DNA of 64,000 bases from Macrostomum lignano (Eukaryota). Numbering within the stretch: position 1 is the stretch's first letter; each line of letters begins with the position of its first letter. The notes under the pieces are model-generated. The model saw nothing but the letters and a program-made list of their open reading frames with translations. It made no database searches and was not told the DNA's origin. Below are positions 60,030 through 64,000 of this stretch, piece after piece. The DNA lies in assembly GCA_002269645.1 (NCBI GenBank), contig NIVC01003568.1:26839-90838 (forward strand), written 5' to 3'. The translations under genes and the position numbers were made by a program.

Positions 60030-61843
60030 CCGTTGAAAACGCTACCCTAACAAGAATCGCCAAAAAGTCGTTGCAAACAACTCACTAGTGAATCTAGAGA
60101 CTCTGGGTAGCTCTTGTGACTTTTTAACGACTTAAACGCGTCAAATGTGACGGAGAGGCGCGACTGTTGCGTCACAAGCGCGTCACGTGAGTTGTAGAAT
60201 CGTAAAAAAATCGTTGAAGAATCGTTGTGTTGGCGCTTAACTTTCGCCTGAGATGCGACTAATTCAACTAGCGATGCAAATACGATTCAAACTCAACTCC
60301 GTGACTCTACAGCGACTCTGGCAGGCCTCAAATAGGACTCTTCCGCTCCAGAGTCAATGTACCGTCGCGCCAGAGTCAATGTACCGTCGCGCCAGAGTCA
60401 ATGTACCGTCGCGCCAGAGACACTTGCATCGCGCCAGAGTCACTTGCATCGCGCCAGAGTCACTTGCATCGCGCCAGAGTCACTTGCGTTGTGCCAGAGT
60501 CATTAGAGTCGCGCCAGAGTCACTTGCGTCGCGCCAGAGTCATTAGAGTCGAGCCAGAGTCACTTGCGTCGCGCCAGAGTCATTAGAGTCGCGCCAGAGT
60601 CACTTGCGTCGCGCCAGAGTCTTGCGTCGCGCCAGAGCCACTTGCGTCGCGCCAGAGCCACTTGCGTTGCGCCAGAGTCACTTGCGTCGCGCCAGAGTCA
60701 CTTGCGTCGCGCCAGAGTAACTTGCGTCGCGCCAGAGTCACTTGCGTCGCGCCAGAGTCACTTGCATCGCGCCAGAGTCACTTGCATCGCGCCAGAGTCA
60801 CTTGCGTTGTGCCAGAGTCATTAGAGTCGCGCCAGAGTCACTTGCGTCGCGCCAGAGTCATTAGAGTCGAGCCAGAGTCACTTGCGTCGCGCCAGAGTCA
60901 TTAGAGTCGCGCCAGAGTCACTTGCGTCGCGCCAGAGTCATTAGAGTCGAGCCAGAGTCACTTGCGTCGCGCCAGAGTCATTAGAGTCGCGCCAGAGTCA
61001 CTTGCGTCGCGCCAGAGTCTTGCGTCGCGCCAGAGCCACTTGCGTCGCGCCAGAGCCACTTGCGTTGCGCCAGAGTCACTTGCGTCGCGCCAGAGTCATT
61101 TGCGTCGCGCCAGAGTCATTAGAGTCGCGCCAGAGTCACTTGCGTCGCGCCAGAGTCTTGCGTCGCGCCAGAGCCACTTGCGTCGCGCCAGAGCCACTTG
61201 CGTTGCGCCAGAGTCACTTGCGTCGCGCCAGAGTCACTTGCGTCGCGCCAGAGTCACTTGCGTCGCGCCAGAGTCATTTGCGTCGCGCCAGAGTCATTAG
61301 AGTCGCGCCAGAGTCACTTGCGTCGCGCCAGAGTCTTGCGTCGCGCCAGAGCCACTTGCGTCGCGCCAGAGCCACTTGCGTTGCGCCAGAGTCACTTGCG
61401 TCGCGCCAGAGTCACTTGCGTTGCGCCAGAGTCACTTGCGTCGCGCCAGAGCCACTTGCGTCGCGCCAGAGCCACTTGCGTTGCGCCAGAGTCACTTGCG
61501 TCGCGCCAGAGTCATTTGCGTCGCGCCAGAGTCATTAGAGTCGTGCCAGAGTCACTTGCGTCGCGCCAGAGTCACTTGCGTCGCGCCAGAGTCACTTGCG
61601 TCGAGCCAGAGTCACTTGCGTCGCGCCAGAGTCGTTTCAGAGTCGCAGACAATTAAACGCTTTAAAGTGACTCTTAGGCGACTCTTTGACAACTTTTTGT
61701 TGACTTGTACCGTTACATCTCGTCAATTTCGAGTCGTCTGGAGTCACTTCTTTCATATTTTTACCTGTGTTACCTGAAAAGACTCAGGGGCAACGCAAGT
61801 GACTCTGGGACGCTTCTTGGCTTAGGTACCGTTTTCATCGGGT
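60030..61843. mobile_element. Putative non-autonomous element with ~30-bp imperfect terminal inverted repeats enclosing a 20-bp minisatellite (gccagagtcacttgcgtcgc)n at ~60360-61635
   Basis: Left end ccgttgaaaacgctaccctaacaagaatcg versus reverse complement of right end ccgatgaaaacggtacctaagccaagaagcg. gactc/gagtc motifs continue into both flanks. TSD not resolved. Confidence 0.55.
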
Positions 61844-62047
61844 AATGAACTGAGAGGCGAGTAAATGTACAGACTGACTGTCGGACGAAGGAAAAAGGAA
61901 TGCATAATAGATCTAAGCCATTTTCCATGTTTTTTCTATTGACTTTTTAATAAGCAAGAAGCAGTCGCGCGCTCATTAAATAATTATTATTTTGCTCTGG
62001 CATTTCAGCTCATGCTTCTCTGATTAAGGCATTTAAATTAGTTTGCC

Positions 62048-63400
<1,353 letters not shown>

Positions 63401-63599
63401 CCGCGTCCAGTGCCGTGAAGCCGGTTTGCATACGTGAGTGCAGAACTATAATATTAAATAATTCTTAGTTTTTTTCTACTGTTAGTAGTGTTTCGGTATT
63501 TTATGCAATTTTGCTATTGTGCACATATCTACAAAATTATTCGTGTCTTTTAAAATCTGGGATGGATATCAAAAAGTTTTTTTTTTGAAGATTGTCTGG

Positions 63600-64000
63600 C
63601 ATCGCGGAGAGGAGAAAATGAGATTAGAGAAGGGAGAAAATAAGAGGAGCGGATATAAATGTAAGAGACGAAAGAGATTGATGAAAGGAGATGAGGGGTT
63701 AGGAGATGAGATGGTAGAAAAGGTGAGAAGATGAGGGAGAGTGAGTCGAGGAGATAAGAGGAGAGTTGAAGTCGAGGGATGAGGAGAGTGAGCGAGGAGG
63801 AGATAAGAGGAGATGTGAGGTGAGGACAGCGATGAGATGAGAGGTAAGGTAAAGAGATGAGAGGACAGTGAGTCGAGGAGAGGAGATAAGAGAGAGGTGA
63901 GGTGAGGACAGGCGATGAGATGAGATGAGAGGTGAGGTGAAGAGATGAGATGAGAGCAGAAGTGAGGTGAGGAGATGAGAGAACATTAGAATAGACAGAA
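63600..64000. repeat. GA-rich low-complexity tract
   Basis: gaggagataagagg / gatgagatgaga repeats running to the end of the window. Confidence 0.85.

Overview
Eukaryotic (metazoan, invertebrate) genomic DNA. It has spliced genes with GC-rich exons, and many introns are filled by unrelated mini/microsatellites. That style is consistent with a free-living flatworm such as Macrostomum (inference only). Genes: 3' part of an SLC24/NCKX exchanger; a divergent Ser/Thr kinase head-to-head with a related pseudokinase; a possible small 3-exon orphan gene; KCTD1/15-like BTB protein; compact C2-WW-WW-HECT NEDD4-family ligase; peptide-type GPCR; PDE9; SRCR-SRCR-ZP membrane protein; and the 5' part of an EGF-repeat/FN3 protein. 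Mobile DNA: an intact 4.37-kb Mag-like Ty3/gypsy element, tRNA-derived SINEs, a LINE 3' fragment inside an NCKX exon, and several TIR/TSD-bounded non-autonomous DNA elements. Most notable: (1) two independent insertions of a ~0.3-kb MITE carrying a 64-nt copy of the 28S rRNA H69-H71 region in which the R2/Pokey/I-PpoI target core is replaced; (2) the kinase-pseudokinase divergent pair; (3) an in-frame LINE insertion in the NCKX last exon; (4) sharply bounded CpG-depleted domains. All alignments and counts were done by eye; no database searches were run.
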